A DNA stretch of 64,000 bases. It comes from Deltaproteobacteria bacterium. GTDB taxonomy: Bacteria; Desulfobacterota; Desulfarculia; Adiutricales; Adiutricaceae. Positions 9,930-20,388 of the stretch are shown piece after piece. The stretch's first letter is position 1; each line of letters begins with the position of its first letter. Where the stretch lies: NCBI GenBank assembly GCA_031279515.1, contig JAITII010000111.1, positions 103-64,102 of the forward strand, in the 5' to 3' direction. The position numbers were made by a program, and so were the translations under genes. A model generated the notes under the pieces. That model made no database searches and was not told the DNA's origin. It saw nothing but the letters and a program-made list of their open reading frames with translations.

Positions 9930-10757
9930 CTAGCTAGGGGCGTCTTCCCAGAAGAAAGCTGCCAGCTTGGCAAAGCTTTCTGGGGCTAAAGTCTCAGGGC
10001 GCAGGCCAGGGTCCAAGCCAAGCTGGCTTAAGGCCTTTTTCACCTCTTGGGGGGCAAAGGCTGAGATAAGGTTATTGTAGAGGGTCTTGCGTCTGGCATG
10101 GAAACAGATCTTGGTCATGGCGGATAACTTCTGGATATCCACCTTGGGGGGGTCCAATACTGGTTTTAAAACCAAAAGTGCGCTTTCCACCTTGGGGCGC
10201 GGCCGGAAAGCGTCTGGGGCTATGGTAAAAGGGGAAGATAGCTCAAAAAAGAGCTTCATTGGTACTGTGATGCGTCCATAGTCCTTAGAACCAGGGCTAG
10301 CTAGGAGCCTTATGACCAATTCCTTTTGGAGTAAAAATACCCCCGGAGACTTACCATTAAAGGTGCTTAAAAACCACATTAAAACCTGGGAAGATATATT
10401 ATAGGGGATGTTTCCGCAGATAGTTTTGGGACCTGTGGGTAAAGTATCCAGGCCAACCTTTAAGGCATCGGTATTTAAGATAATAAGGGACCTGTGAGTT
10501 GCCTCATTATTTTTGGCAAGTTCTGCTGCAAGGCCCCTATCTATCTCCAGGGCATAGACAGTTAAGCCTAAGTCTAAGAGGGGAAAAGTTAAGGCTCCTA
10601 GTCCAGGTCCTATTTCCACTACAATATTTTTTTCCCCCTGCCTGTAGACCTCCTTGGCTATTTTTTCCGCAAGCTGGGGAGAGGCTAAAAAGTTCTGACC
10701 TAGGCCCTTTAAAGGGGCTAGCCCCAGCTCTCTTAGCCTTTCTTTAGGTCCTGTCAT
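9930..10757 (-). CDS. rsmA: 16S rRNA (adenine1518/1519-N6)-dimethyltransferase
   Basis: SAM-binding motif VVEIGPGLGALT and motif GNIPYNISS. I take the start at ATG 10757, which forms an ATGA overlap with the tsaD stop. The track start at 10778 lies inside tsaD. Confidence 0.9.
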   Translation of the reverse strand: MTGPKERLRELGLAPLKGLGQNFLASPQLAEKIAKEVYRQGEKNIVVEIGPGLGALTFPLLDLGLTVYALEIDRGLAAELAKNNEATHRSLIILNTDALKVGLDTLPTGPKTICGNIPYNISSQVLMWFLSTFNGKSPGVFLLQKELVIRLLASPGSKDYGRITVPMKLFFELSSPFTIAPDAFRPRPKVESALLVLKPVLDPPKVDIQKLSAMTKICFHARRKTLYNNLISAFAPQEVKKALSQLGLDPGLRPETLAPESFAKLAAFFWEDAPS

Positions 10758-11800
10758 AGGGGATCTTCCACGCGCCAACGGGTCTTGGGTTCTGCTAAAA
10801 GCCCTAGGATATTTTCACCCCGCTCAAGCTGCAGAGCCCCCAAAAAGCCTATCATGGAGGCATTGTCAGCGCACCAAGACACTTTGGGTACATACAGGGG
10901 AAGGCCCATTTGGCCCACGACCTCGCGAGCCCTACTTCTAAGGGCCTTATTGGCTGCAACGCCTCCAGCTAAGATTGCGCCTTTTGCCTTGGAAAGCTCT
11001 ATGGCTCTTGCCAGTTTGGAGACCAAAACGTCAATGGCGGCAGCTTGGAAGGAGGCAGCAAGATCTTTTAGGGATTGGTCATCAGCTGGCACCTTGTCTA
11101 AAGAGTTTTCCTGATATAAGGTAAGGACCCTTGTCTTAAGGCCGCTAAAGGAAAAGTTTAAGCCCTCACGGATTAAGGGCCTTGTAATCTTAAAGGCATT
11201 GGGATCCCCGCCTGTAGCCAACTCTTCTATGATGGCTCCCCCAGGGTAGCCAAAACCCATTAATTTAGCCGACTTATCAAAGGCCTCTCCTGCCGCGTCA
11301 TCCAAGGTGGTCCCCAAGGTCCGGATACTCAAAAAGTCCTCCATGAGAAATAAGCTCGTATGCCCTCCGGAGACCACCAGGGCAACTAGAGGAAATTTAA
11401 GATCCCTTAGCTCTTTGTCCTCTTGGCCTAAAGTTTTCAAAAAGGGGGCCAAGGCATGGGCCTTGACATGATTTACCCCGGTAACCTTAAGCCCTGTGGC
11501 CTTGGCCAGTCCCTTGGCGAAGTTAATGGCCACAAGGAGGGCCCCCACAAGGCCAGGGCCCATGGTCACGGCTATGCCAGCAAGGTCTTTAAGGTCAATA
11601 TTAGCTTTTGTTATGACCTCTTGGCTAATTATATCTATAGCCTCCAGATGAGCCCGGGAGGCTATCTCAGGGACAACGCCCCCGTATTTCTGATGCAGAT
11701 CCACCTGGGAACGCACAAGTTCTGCTAAAACCAGATTCCCTTCCACCAAAGCGCAGGCGGTCTCATCGCAGGAACTTTCCAAAGCCAAGACAAGCATCAA
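10754..11800 (-). CDS. tsaD: tRNA N6-adenosine threonylcarbamoyltransferase
   Basis: 348 aa with Kae1/TsaD motifs LALESSCDETA, SGGHT and AGGVAANKALR. Confidence 0.95.
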   Translation of the reverse strand: MMLVLALESSCDETACALVEGNLVLAELVRSQVDLHQKYGGVVPEIASRAHLEAIDIISQEVITKANIDLKDLAGIAVTMGPGLVGALLVAINFAKGLAKATGLKVTGVNHVKAHALAPFLKTLGQEDKELRDLKFPLVALVVSGGHTSLFLMEDFLSIRTLGTTLDDAAGEAFDKSAKLMGFGYPGGAIIEELATGGDPNAFKITRPLIREGLNFSFSGLKTRVLTLYQENSLDKVPADDQSLKDLAASFQAAAIDVLVSKLARAIELSKAKGAILAGGVAANKALRSRAREVVGQMGLPLYVPKVSWCADNASMIGFLGALQLERGENILGLLAEPKTRWRVEDPL

Positions 11801-11821
11801 AGAAAAAACCTTTAAAAGAAG

Positions 11822-12757
11822 CTAAAGATAGGGATCTGCCACAAGTCCATCGTGGTCCACAGGCTCTAAGTGGAAGGTGATATCCGCCTTGGGAAAATGC
11901 TCCTGGATGCCCGAGACCACTTGCATGCCCAAGCTATGGGCCTCGTCCACAGATAAAGAGCCGTCCACCAAGAGATCTACCACGACTATCTGAAAGGGTC
12001 CAGACCTACGGGATCTAAGTTTCCTGTAACCCTTTATCCTGGGCGCGAACTGGGCTATATGTTCCCTTATCAGGGTTAGCTCCTCTTTGGTTAAGGAATG
12101 GTCCACTAAAGTGGACACAGCATCCCTAGCTAAGGCCCAACCTGTCTTGATGATGAAAAAGGAGACCACCATGGCCGCCACGGAATCGATGAAGTCTAGC
12201 TTCCAGGCGGGATTTATGAGGTTACCTAGGTGAATTATCAAAAGGGCCCCAAAAATCCCCAAAGAAGTCATAACGTCGGTGCGGAGATGCCAGCCGTCAG
12301 CAACCAAGGCCGGGGATCCTGTCCTCTTGCCAGCCTTGAAAAGAATCCTTGAGACCAGAAAGTTTACCAAGGAAGAAACGAACATGACCGCAAGGCCTAT
12401 TGTCAAAGAGGGTAATTTGTGGCCCTCCATCAGCCCTTCTATGGCTTCCTTGACAATATAGAGCCCACCTACAATGATTAAAATACCTTCAAAGAGGGCG
12501 GCTAAGTTTTCCACCTTTCCGTGGCCAAAGGGGTGATCCGGATCCGGAGGGGTATCAGAATACTTTACGGCTAAGAAGGTCAAAAAGGAGGCTAAGAGAT
12601 CCAGACAAGAATGCACCGCTTCAGAGATTATGGCCACAGAGCCAGTTATTATCCCAGCTACGAGCTTCAATACTATTAAAGTAGAGTTGGAAAGGATAGA
12701 AAAAAACGCATAGTGTGAGTTTTTGTATTCTTTCCCTTGGCTCTGGCTTTCACTCAT
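11822..12757 (-). CDS. Cation diffusion facilitator family transporter
   Basis: 311 aa with about six TM helices, metal-site motifs (EAVHSCLDLL, WHLRTDV) and a C-terminal cytoplasmic domain. Confidence 0.9.
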   Translation of the reverse strand: MSESQSQGKEYKNSHYAFFSILSNSTLIVLKLVAGIITGSVAIISEAVHSCLDLLASFLTFLAVKYSDTPPDPDHPFGHGKVENLAALFEGILIIVGGLYIVKEAIEGLMEGHKLPSLTIGLAVMFVSSLVNFLVSRILFKAGKRTGSPALVADGWHLRTDVMTSLGIFGALLIIHLGNLINPAWKLDFIDSVAAMVVSFFIIKTGWALARDAVSTLVDHSLTKEELTLIREHIAQFAPRIKGYRKLRSRRSGPFQIVVVDLLVDGSLSVDEAHSLGMQVVSGIQEHFPKADITFHLEPVDHDGLVADPYL

Positions 12758-13521
12758 AGGCCGCGCAATACTCTCGTTTCTTTGACATTGGGCTGGATGC
12801 GCAGAGCTGCTGCCTCGGCATCGGCCTTACTATCAAAGGGTCCAAGTGCCAAAGACCACATCCCTGACTTAAGCCTGGGGTAAGCATCTGTATCCAGGAT
12901 ATCCAAATTAACCCCGCGCCTTTTATAGGACCTCTGCTCCTGCTCCACTAGCTCCCTTTTGGACTTGGGGCTGGTGGTCACGATTACCAACCAGACCTCG
13001 GGCTGCTGTGCCGCTATGGGCCCCTGCCCTGTCCCTTGGAGCTCTAAAGGCACTACCAATGGGGTTGGCGTTCCAGGTTGCCCGCCAGAGGTGGAGGCTT
13101 GGACAGAAGTTTGGGCAGAGCTGCCCCCAGTTTGAGAGCCTTCGGTGGTTTGGGACGCCTGCACGGGCTCTACAGTCTGGGTAGCAGGTTGTGCCGCAGG
13201 CAATTGGTTCCCATCCACTCTGGCTGCCTCAGCCATGGACTGGGGCGCAGGTACAATAGCTGCCGAAGAGCCCGGCAATGCTGAAGGGAAAGGCGCCACT
13301 GCCGCAGTAGGAACCGCTAGTTCCCTATTATCTTCTGAAGCTCCAGACAAACTAGTGTACCCCACTGTCACTACTAGGGTAGTCAGTAGCCAGAATAAAA
13401 GGGAGAGGCGTATCACAGGACCCTTATCATAGGTCTTTGCCACTGAGCGGAACTTCTTTTTCTTTTTAGTAAACTTGCTATGAAAATAAAAGCCAGGAGC
13501 CAAAAAAATCTTTTTAAGCAT
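12754..13521 (-). CDS. SPOR domain-containing membrane protein
   Basis: 255 aa with an N-terminal TM segment, a low-complexity Ala/Pro/Gln/Ser-rich linker and a C-terminal SPOR-like fold (WLVIVTTSPKSKRELVEQE...WSLALGPFDSKADAEAA). The CDF start and this stop form an ATGA overlap. Confidence 0.7.
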   Translation of the reverse strand: MLKKIFLAPGFYFHSKFTKKKKKFRSVAKTYDKGPVIRLSLLFWLLTTLVVTVGYTSLSGASEDNRELAVPTAAVAPFPSALPGSSAAIVPAPQSMAEAARVDGNQLPAAQPATQTVEPVQASQTTEGSQTGGSSAQTSVQASTSGGQPGTPTPLVVPLELQGTGQGPIAAQQPEVWLVIVTTSPKSKRELVEQEQRSYKRRGVNLDILDTDAYPRLKSGMWSLALGPFDSKADAEAAALRIQPNVKETRVLRGL

Positions 13522-14001
13522 CCTTAACCCCCCCCAAAGTGCCGCAAATTACTGACCTTTCAGTTTTGGCTAAAACAAGGCCCTTGCCGGCTTTAACCTT
13601 ATAGAAAGGTGAGAAAATGAGAAATTCATTCTAGAGAAAAATTAGTAATAAAATCAATACTTTAGCCGCAAAGCGGAATGTATAAAATTTCTTACAATTG
13701 ATAGTATTTTACCTCAAAGTTTGGCAAAAGAATAGAACTTTTTTTGCTAAAATAATTTAAAAATTATACTGCCATTTCAAAATAAGTACTTTCTTGCCTA
13801 AACTCTTGATATATAGTGCATATTAACATGCAACTAAAATGTACCACTATATATAGCGGTGCGTTCCATAATTAAAGGGGGGGGCTTGGGGATAGCTCCA
13901 AGGAGCCTGAAAGGCCAAAGAAGGCTAATTAGCCCAAAAGAAAAGGATTATCGCTATCTTTAGCTAATACCTTGGCCCTATAAACCAAGAAAGGGCTATA
14001 G

Positions 14002-14943
14002 CTACAGTTTTGCTAGGCCCTTTTCCAACTCCTTCCAGAGAACACGATAAGGAGTATTTTTTTCCATGAGGGGATAGATGCGCACTTCATAGCCTAGATG
14101 TTGGGCTATTTCATTTAATGAGAACTGGAGGACAGGATGTGGGGAGAAATCCACAAAGGTTCTAGCCCCCAACTCCATAGCCAGGGTAGCCGCCTTCTCA
14201 AAATAAAAGGGCCTGGAGATCATACGGCTAAAATAAGAGGCATCAAAGCTCTGGCCTGGAAGAACCCTAGCTTCCACGGAAGAGATGATGGGGTAGAGAC
14301 TACTAGAAGGTTTTAAATCTTTAATCCTTTCATAAAAATAAGCTAAGTAGGGATCTAAGGCGGGGGTATGAAAGGAGAAATCCGATGGCAAAAGCTTTAA
14401 AGTTATCGGCAAATCTGGCATTAATAAAAGTTCTTCAATGAGCCCTGGGGGGCCGCCCACTACTATAGAGCTGGGGGAATTTATGCCAGCTAATTGAAGC
14501 CCGTATTGGGAGGCGAACTGTAAAGAGAGCTTTTGGGGGCCAGCAAGAAGGAGAAGTCTTCCAGGTGGGAGTTTTCCCATTAAATGGGTCTCTTCGTAGA
14601 TTAAGCGGATGCCCTCCGAGAGTGAATAGACTCCAAAAAGTAAGGCAGCCATATTCTCACCACCGCTCTGGGGTAAGATTAAGGAAGGCTTTTGAATTTT
14701 TGGACTTATTTTCTGAAAAAGGGCATATTCTACTGCCATGATTGCTGGGTGCCAAAAAGAGGCCTGGGCTAGATCTGGGCTGAAAGAAAGTTGATTTTCA
14801 AGGGAATATCCAGAAAAGCTTCTAAATATTTTGTCAAACTCGCGGAAAGCTTTAGTAAAGGCGTCATCTTTATTTAAAAGCTCCTCGCACATATTGGTCC
14901 ATTGGGAACCAAGACCAGAAAAGATAAATGTTAAGCTGGCCAT
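14002..14943 (-). CDS. Stand-alone PKS/FAS-type acyltransferase (malonyl-CoA:ACP transacylase-like) domain protein with atypical motifs
   Basis: 313 aa. It has the AT-domain order FIFSGLGSQW (GQGSQW-like), PQSGGEN in place of GHSxGE, SFHT in place of AFHS, and SPHPVL. It is flanked on both sides by long AT-rich non-coding DNA. Confidence 0.65.
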   Translation of the reverse strand: MASLTFIFSGLGSQWTNMCEELLNKDDAFTKAFREFDKIFRSFSGYSLENQLSFSPDLAQASFWHPAIMAVEYALFQKISPKIQKPSLILPQSGGENMAALLFGVYSLSEGIRLIYEETHLMGKLPPGRLLLLAGPQKLSLQFASQYGLQLAGINSPSSIVVGGPPGLIEELLLMPDLPITLKLLPSDFSFHTPALDPYLAYFYERIKDLKPSSSLYPIISSVEARVLPGQSFDASYFSRMISRPFYFEKAATLAMELGARTFVDFSPHPVLQFSLNEIAQHLGYEVRIYPLMEKNTPYRVLWKELEKGLAKL

Positions 14944-16127
14944 AGATAGTTTCTTTCAAAGGGAATAGAAATTTCTTAAAGCTCGGATACTTAAGACCAG
15001 AAAGGCTAAGCGGCTAAGCCAAGATTCTTGATCAAAGATAAATTAGGTGCTAATCTCAAGAAAGCTATTGAATATACCACTTTGTGGCAATTATCTGTAT
15101 AATCGCCTCGAAATGGGCTAAACGCCTCTTTTTTCATAAATGCTCTAAATGTGGACTTATACTATTTGCTCGAATCTTTTGGGTTACATTCCAGTTTATC
15201 AATAGTAAAAAAATGAGCTAGTGGCAACTGCAGGTAACTTTAAATGAGAAAGCAATAGTTAGTATTATATGATAAAATTCGGCAATTTGCTAAATTTGGC
15301 ACATATTTTGCTGCAGCTTGTTTAATTATTGATTTTGGTGTAAAGATTATGTTAATATGCCAAGTTAGGCAAAATACAAGATAGTTATATGAATTTTTAT
15401 GTTTATTTTAGAAAATTTTCTCTTATAGGCCGCGGGCTTCTTGAAATATGCTGCCACCGCTGCCTCTAGAAGATCCAATGAAAAGCCTAAAGCTTTTTGC
15501 CTGGATTTAGCTTTGCGCCGGAACTTTTGCATGCATAAAATAAACAAAGTTTTGAAGGCACAAGGACATAGCCAAAGAAGCTTTTCACCTTGACCTTGGG
15601 AGCTATGAGGACATGACTATAAATTAAAGAGCGGATTTTCTGCTATTATTGAAAGAGCTAAGCTTGTACAATTATTACTAAATGCTTGACACTAATGAGT
15701 CTTCCAAAGCTATACTCATTAATCCATGAAAGTAAGGCTTTCTTTGTTAAGGCTTCCACAGATCCTGGCAAACTCTTTAAGAGCCAGAAGAAATCGGAAA
15801 AAGGGAGGGCAGTTTTGAAAAGGTACTTTGATAATTAGTGGGAAACTAGCTAAATACCTGTTTTCCCATTTTGAGAGCAGAAAGAGGAAAATAGTGCCCC
15901 TTGGCTAGCCTTTGGATGTTCCTTAGCAGCGGGAAAAGCTCTTGTCTTTCGCGGGAAAACTTAAAAAATACTTATTTCTACTAAGGGGAGGTGATTAAAA
16001 GTTATTAGCCTTTCATGATTTTTTGGTTCCAGCTTGCTTTTTATCCAAAAGATGCCACTTTTTTCTTATTTTGCCAAAAATACTCCGGTGATGGCTCTGA
16101 ACTAATGGGACAAAATATTTTGGTCTA

Positions 16128-19100
16128 ATGATTTCAAAAAGTCTCACATATTTTTTGACCTTGGTCTTACTTTTTCTGATAACGGCTTTTATTTCCCGTT
16201 CAAGCTCATCCTTTTTAGGGACTTCCCTCTATGCGAGAGACAGGGAAAACGCAGCTAGTAAGATCCAATATGCACAGTTTGCGTCTTATAGGGATATCCC
16301 GGGCGTGACAGAAGAGGATATCCAAGCCGTGGAAAGGATTAAAGCCAACCGGAGCTATTTGATCTACGGTGCGCCATTTTCCACGGAGGCTTTTTTAGGA
16401 CAAGACGGCAACATACATGGCTTTTCTTCGTACTTTTGCAAGTATCTTTCTGAGCTCTTTGGCATCGAAATTTCCCCACAGCTTATGGATTGGGAGACGC
16501 TCATTGCTGGGATGAATAACAACACAGTGGATTTTTGCGGCGATTTCTCAATCTCTCCAGAGCGCGAGAAAATCTTATTCATGACTTCCCCTATAGCGGA
16601 AAGAGCCATTAAGTACATGCGCATGAAGGACGCAGAGCCCCTTTACGAGCTAGCCAAAAAAAGGGAGACTCCTTTGCGCTACGGGTTTATTGCCAACTCT
16701 ACGGTTATCGATCTGGTGCGCAACAATGCCCCTGAAAGTTTTGTAGTGGTAGAAGTGCAAACCGAGGACGAGGCCTATAAGCTCTTAAGCGAAGGAGCCA
16801 TTGACGCTTTTTTAACTGAGTCAACGGCCGAGGCCGCCTTCGATAAATTCCCCGATGTGGAAACCTTCGACTACATCCCCATTCTTTATTCAGACGTCTC
16901 ACTTTCTACAAAAAACGAAGAGCTTAAACCAATAATAACCGTCTTCCAGAAAGCCTTAAATGCTGGCATTCAGTTCCATTTAGTGGAACTCTATAACAAG
17001 GGCCTTTTCGAGTACCTCCAACACAAGTTTTTTTTAAGGCTCACACCGGAAGAGTTGGAATATTTGCAAAGAAAAGTAAGAATGCAGCAACCAATTATCT
17101 ACGCAGCTGAATTCGATAATTATCCTTTGTCCTTTTACAATGACATAGAAGAAGAGTTTCAGGGTGTGGCCATTGACGTCATAAAACAAATTTCGCAGAT
17201 CTCTGGGCTAACTTTCAAGCTCTGGCGCGAAACTCCCGCTAGCTGGAGCGAAATCCTATTAGCTTTGGAAAATGGCGGGTGTTCCATGGTGACGGAACTT
17301 ATAAAGTCCGAAGATAGAATTGAACGTTTTATCTGGGCCACAGTGGGATATTCCAAGGACAAATACGCATTAATTTCCACCACGAAAATACCCGACAAAG
17401 AAATAAACGAGGTCCTCTACGCTAGAGTGGGATTAGTTGCAAATACCGGCTCCGCCGAAGCTTTTAGAAAATGGTTCCAAAACCATACAAACACAGTGAC
17501 TTTCTATTCGTCCCAAGAGGCTTTTCAGGCCCTTACCGATGAGGAGATAGATCTTTTCATGGGGACCAGAAACCTGACTTTAAGCATGACGAACTTTATG
17601 GAGCAACCTGGCTTCAAAGTCAACTACACTTTCAACTACACCTTCGATTCTTACTTTGGTTTCAATAAAGATGAGATCTTACTGCGCTCGATTATAAGCA
17701 AGGCCATCCCAGTAACAGATGCACAAGATATATCCGACCGCTGGCAACAGAAGTCTTTTGATTATAGAGGAGAACGCCTCCGCTCCAGGATCCCAATACT
17801 TTTGGGATTTTCTATAATGCTCTTTTTGCTCTTAACCTTATCTTTTCTCCTAATTAAAAAACACACAAGTGATAAGGCTAGACTGGCAGATATTGTGGAG
17901 GAAAGAACTAAAGAACTTCTAATGCAAAAAGACGAGGCAACCAAAGCTTCAACAGCCAAGGGCGATTTTCTGGCACGCATGAGCCATGAAATAAGAACCC
18001 CCATGAACGCCATTATCGGCATGGCGGAACTGGCCTTGCGGGAACAACCAACTGAAGAGATTGCCGAAATGATCTCCAATATCCAGAATGCTGGAAACTC
18101 ACTTTTATCCATCATTAACGACATATTGGATTTCTCTAAAATAGAGTCTGATAAAATGGAGTTGGTAGACTCCGATTATCATTTTGGTTCCTTGATCCAA
18201 GACCTCATAAATATCATAAACGCCCGCATCATGGGATCAAACTTAGAGCTCTTGGTTGAGGTGGACAATAACCTTCCTGCCATATTAAATGGCGATGAGA
18301 CAAGACTTAAGCAGATACTATTAAATCTTTTAAGTAACGGGGTAAAATACACTAAAGAAGGCACAGTGACCCTTCGCATAGAGGCCCTTTCGGATGTTTA
18401 TGGGCCTCATAGTCAAAATCCGAAATTAGCTACCCAAAATGATTTGCAGCTTGAAACAGAAAAAGCCTCTGATACTAAAGGCGAGACCCCCTCTTCCGAC
18501 GCATCGGGGCTGGAAATTAAACCAGATGCCTCCCCGGTCCTATCTCTGCAAAATGACGAATACATCGTAAACACCCAAATCTTTTTAAAGATTTCCATTA
18601 CAGATACAGGGATAGGTATAAAACCAGAGGACCTAGAAAAGCTCTTCGGGTCTTTCAGCCAATTGGACAAAGTCAAAAATAAGGGCATAGAGGGAACTGG
18701 TTTAGGACTAGTCATAAGCAAAAGGCTAGCAACTTTAATGGGAGGTGACATTACTGTCCAAAGCGAGTATAGAAAAGGAAGCGTCTTTACAGTAACATTA
18801 AAACAGAATATTCCAGACACATACGTGCCTTTGACCACTTTAAAAGACCCGCAAAACTCAAAAACCATTATTATAGAGCCGTCAGAAAAAAACTCACAAG
18901 CTTATCGCTACAACATGGAAAAGCTTGGTGCAGATTTTACTCTAATCCCTGACTTTAAACAATTAGGCGAGACACTAGATGCTAAAAACTTTAACTATCT
19001 CTTGGCACCTGTTGAGATGGTGAATCCCGTTTTGGATCTTTTAAAAGATAAGGGAAGCAAAATAAAGCCCGCCTTTGTTACTAACTACGGAGAAAAGAGT

Positions 19101-20249
19101 AAAAAGACTAGAGGGCTCCATGTGCTTCAAAAACCTTTATACTCCATAACTATAGCCAATGTTTTAAATGAAACTGAAAGCAGAAAAGGCGTAAGGGATA
19201 AATTAGACCACATTACCATCATCGCCCCTACTGCCAGAGTCATGGTGGTGGATGACATTCTCATCAATCTTAAAGTAGCAAAAGGCCTTTTGTCTCATTT
19301 TAAGCTTATGGTGGACACAGCCAATTCAGGTGCTGAAGCAATACAACTATTCCAAGAAAACTATTACGACCTCATCTTCATGGACCACATGATGCCTGGC
19401 ATGGACGGCATAGAGACCACTGAACGCATAAGAGAGCTCCCCGGCGGCAAGAATGTTCCTATCATTGCCTTGACTGCCAACGCCATAGCAGGGGTAAGGG
19501 AGATGTTCCTCTCCCACAGCATGAATGATTTCATCTCCAAGCCCATCGAGCACGGAAAATTGGAAAGTATTTTAATGGAGTGGCTCCCCAAAGAAAAAAT
19601 AGAAGAGCTCCTTTCTGAGCCCCAGGAGGAAGACTCTCCAAGCCCTGCTAGTGGCCAAGGTCTTGATCCTTTAACTAAAGCCTTTAGCCCCAGAGAAGAA
19701 ATCGCAAGTTCAAAAGCCCAAGATCCCGATGCCAAAGCGCCAATTTTGGTCTATGAGCCCATCACTGAAAAAGACAGCCGAAATGAAATACCAAACGCCA
19801 TGGAAGCTTCCGCCACAGTGGAAGAAAACCCTAGCCCCTTTGGATCCGGCGGGCATGCCCAAACTTCCCCCAGCCTAAAAGGGGGAGCCAGCAAAACCTT
19901 AAGGGACGGAGGCTTTGACGAGCAAGCCAGCTTAGAGCAGCTAGGCGGAGACAAAGAGCTTATGCAAGAGGTCTTGAAAATGTACATTGAGACCACCCCC
20001 AAGCTTTTAGACGAGCTGCGGCTAAAGATAGAACCCGAAAATCTTCCCTCCTACGCCAAAGTGGCCCACAGCATCAAGGGGAGCAGTTTAAATGTTGGCG
20101 CCAAAAAAGTAGGTGATCTGGCCGCAGTTATGGAAAAGACGGCAAAAGAAGGTGACATCTCTAAAGTCCAGATGCAAAACCAGGAATTTATAGAGACAGT
20201 GGAAGGCCTTATCACCCAGATGTCCGATTATATTAGGCAAAACTCTTAA
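16128..20249 (+). CDS. Hybrid sensor histidine kinase/response regulator with two periplasmic solute-binding-like domains, REC and Hpt
   Basis: 1373 aa. It has a signal/TM segment, two SBP(family 3)-like modules and a TM segment (ILLGFSIMLFLLLTLSFLLI). Kinase motifs are the H-box ARMSHEIRTPMNAI, N-box LLNLLSNGVKYT and G-box GTGLGLVISKRL. The REC domain has VMVVDD...IFMDHMMPGMDG and the C-terminal Hpt domain has AHSIKGSS. Confidence 0.9.
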   Translation: MISKSLTYFLTLVLLFLITAFISRSSSSFLGTSLYARDRENAASKIQYAQFASYRDIPGVTEEDIQAVERIKANRSYLIYGAPFSTEAFLGQDGNIHGFSSYFCKYLSELFGIEISPQLMDWETLIAGMNNNTVDFCGDFSISPEREKILFMTSPIAERAIKYMRMKDAEPLYELAKKRETPLRYGFIANSTVIDLVRNNAPESFVVVEVQTEDEAYKLLSEGAIDAFLTESTAEAAFDKFPDVETFDYIPILYSDVSLSTKNEELKPIITVFQKALNAGIQFHLVELYNKGLFEYLQHKFFLRLTPEELEYLQRKVRMQQPIIYAAEFDNYPLSFYNDIEEEFQGVAIDVIKQISQISGLTFKLWRETPASWSEILLALENGGCSMVTELIKSEDRIERFIWATVGYSKDKYALISTTKIPDKEINEVLYARVGLVANTGSAEAFRKWFQNHTNTVTFYSSQEAFQALTDEEIDLFMGTRNLTLSMTNFMEQPGFKVNYTFNYTFDSYFGFNKDEILLRSIISKAIPVTDAQDISDRWQQKSFDYRGERLRSRIPILLGFSIMLFLLLTLSFLLIKKHTSDKARLADIVEERTKELLMQKDEATKASTAKGDFLARMSHEIRTPMNAIIGMAELALREQPTEEIAEMISNIQNAGNSLLSIINDILDFSKIESDKMELVDSDYHFGSLIQDLINIINARIMGSNLELLVEVDNNLPAILNGDETRLKQILLNLLSNGVKYTKEGTVTLRIEALSDVYGPHSQNPKLATQNDLQLETEKASDTKGETPSSDASGLEIKPDASPVLSLQNDEYIVNTQIFLKISITDTGIGIKPEDLEKLFGSFSQLDKVKNKGIEGTGLGLVISKRLATLMGGDITVQSEYRKGSVFTVTLKQNIPDTYVPLTTLKDPQNSKTIIIEPSEKNSQAYRYNMEKLGADFTLIPDFKQLGETLDAKNFNYLLAPVEMVNPVLDLLKDKGSKIKPAFVTNYGEKSKKTRGLHVLQKPLYSITIANVLNETESRKGVRDKLDHITIIAPTARVMVVDDILINLKVAKGLLSHFKLMVDTANSGAEAIQLFQENYYDLIFMDHMMPGMDGIETTERIRELPGGKNVPIIALTANAIAGVREMFLSHSMNDFISKPIEHGKLESILMEWLPKEKIEELLSEPQEEDSPSPASGQGLDPLTKAFSPREEIASSKAQDPDAKAPILVYEPITEKDSRNEIPNAMEASATVEENPSPFGSGGHAQTSPSLKGGASKTLRDGGFDEQASLEQLGGDKELMQEVLKMYIETTPKLLDELRLKIEPENLPSYAKVAHSIKGSSLNVGAKKVGDLAAVMEKTAKEGDISKVQMQNQEFIETVEGLITQMSDYIRQNS

Positions 20250-20267
20250 GCTAGTAAAAGCTTTAAG

Positions 20268-20377
20268 GTAGCTATCTGTGGCGCTTATAATTTAGAAGTA
20301 GCCTTGCAGGTAATATATAGCTTCCACACTGATAATAGCAAGTTATTGATGACTTTTTACGTAGCTATCTGTGGCGC
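20268..20377. repeat. Two perfect 17-bp direct repeats GTAGCTATCTGTGGCGC (20268-20284 and 20361-20377)
   Basis: Read directly from the sequence. The repeats lie in the convergent intergenic gap between the hybrid kinase and the 20389 lipoprotein gene. Confidence 0.85.
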
Positions 20378-20388
20378 CTCACAGGTCT

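Noticed and set aside
16024-16037. Sigma-54-like motif TGGTTCCAGCTTGC upstream of the hybrid kinase.
   Set aside because: The GG-to-GC spacing is one nucleotide short of the canonical -24/-12 geometry.
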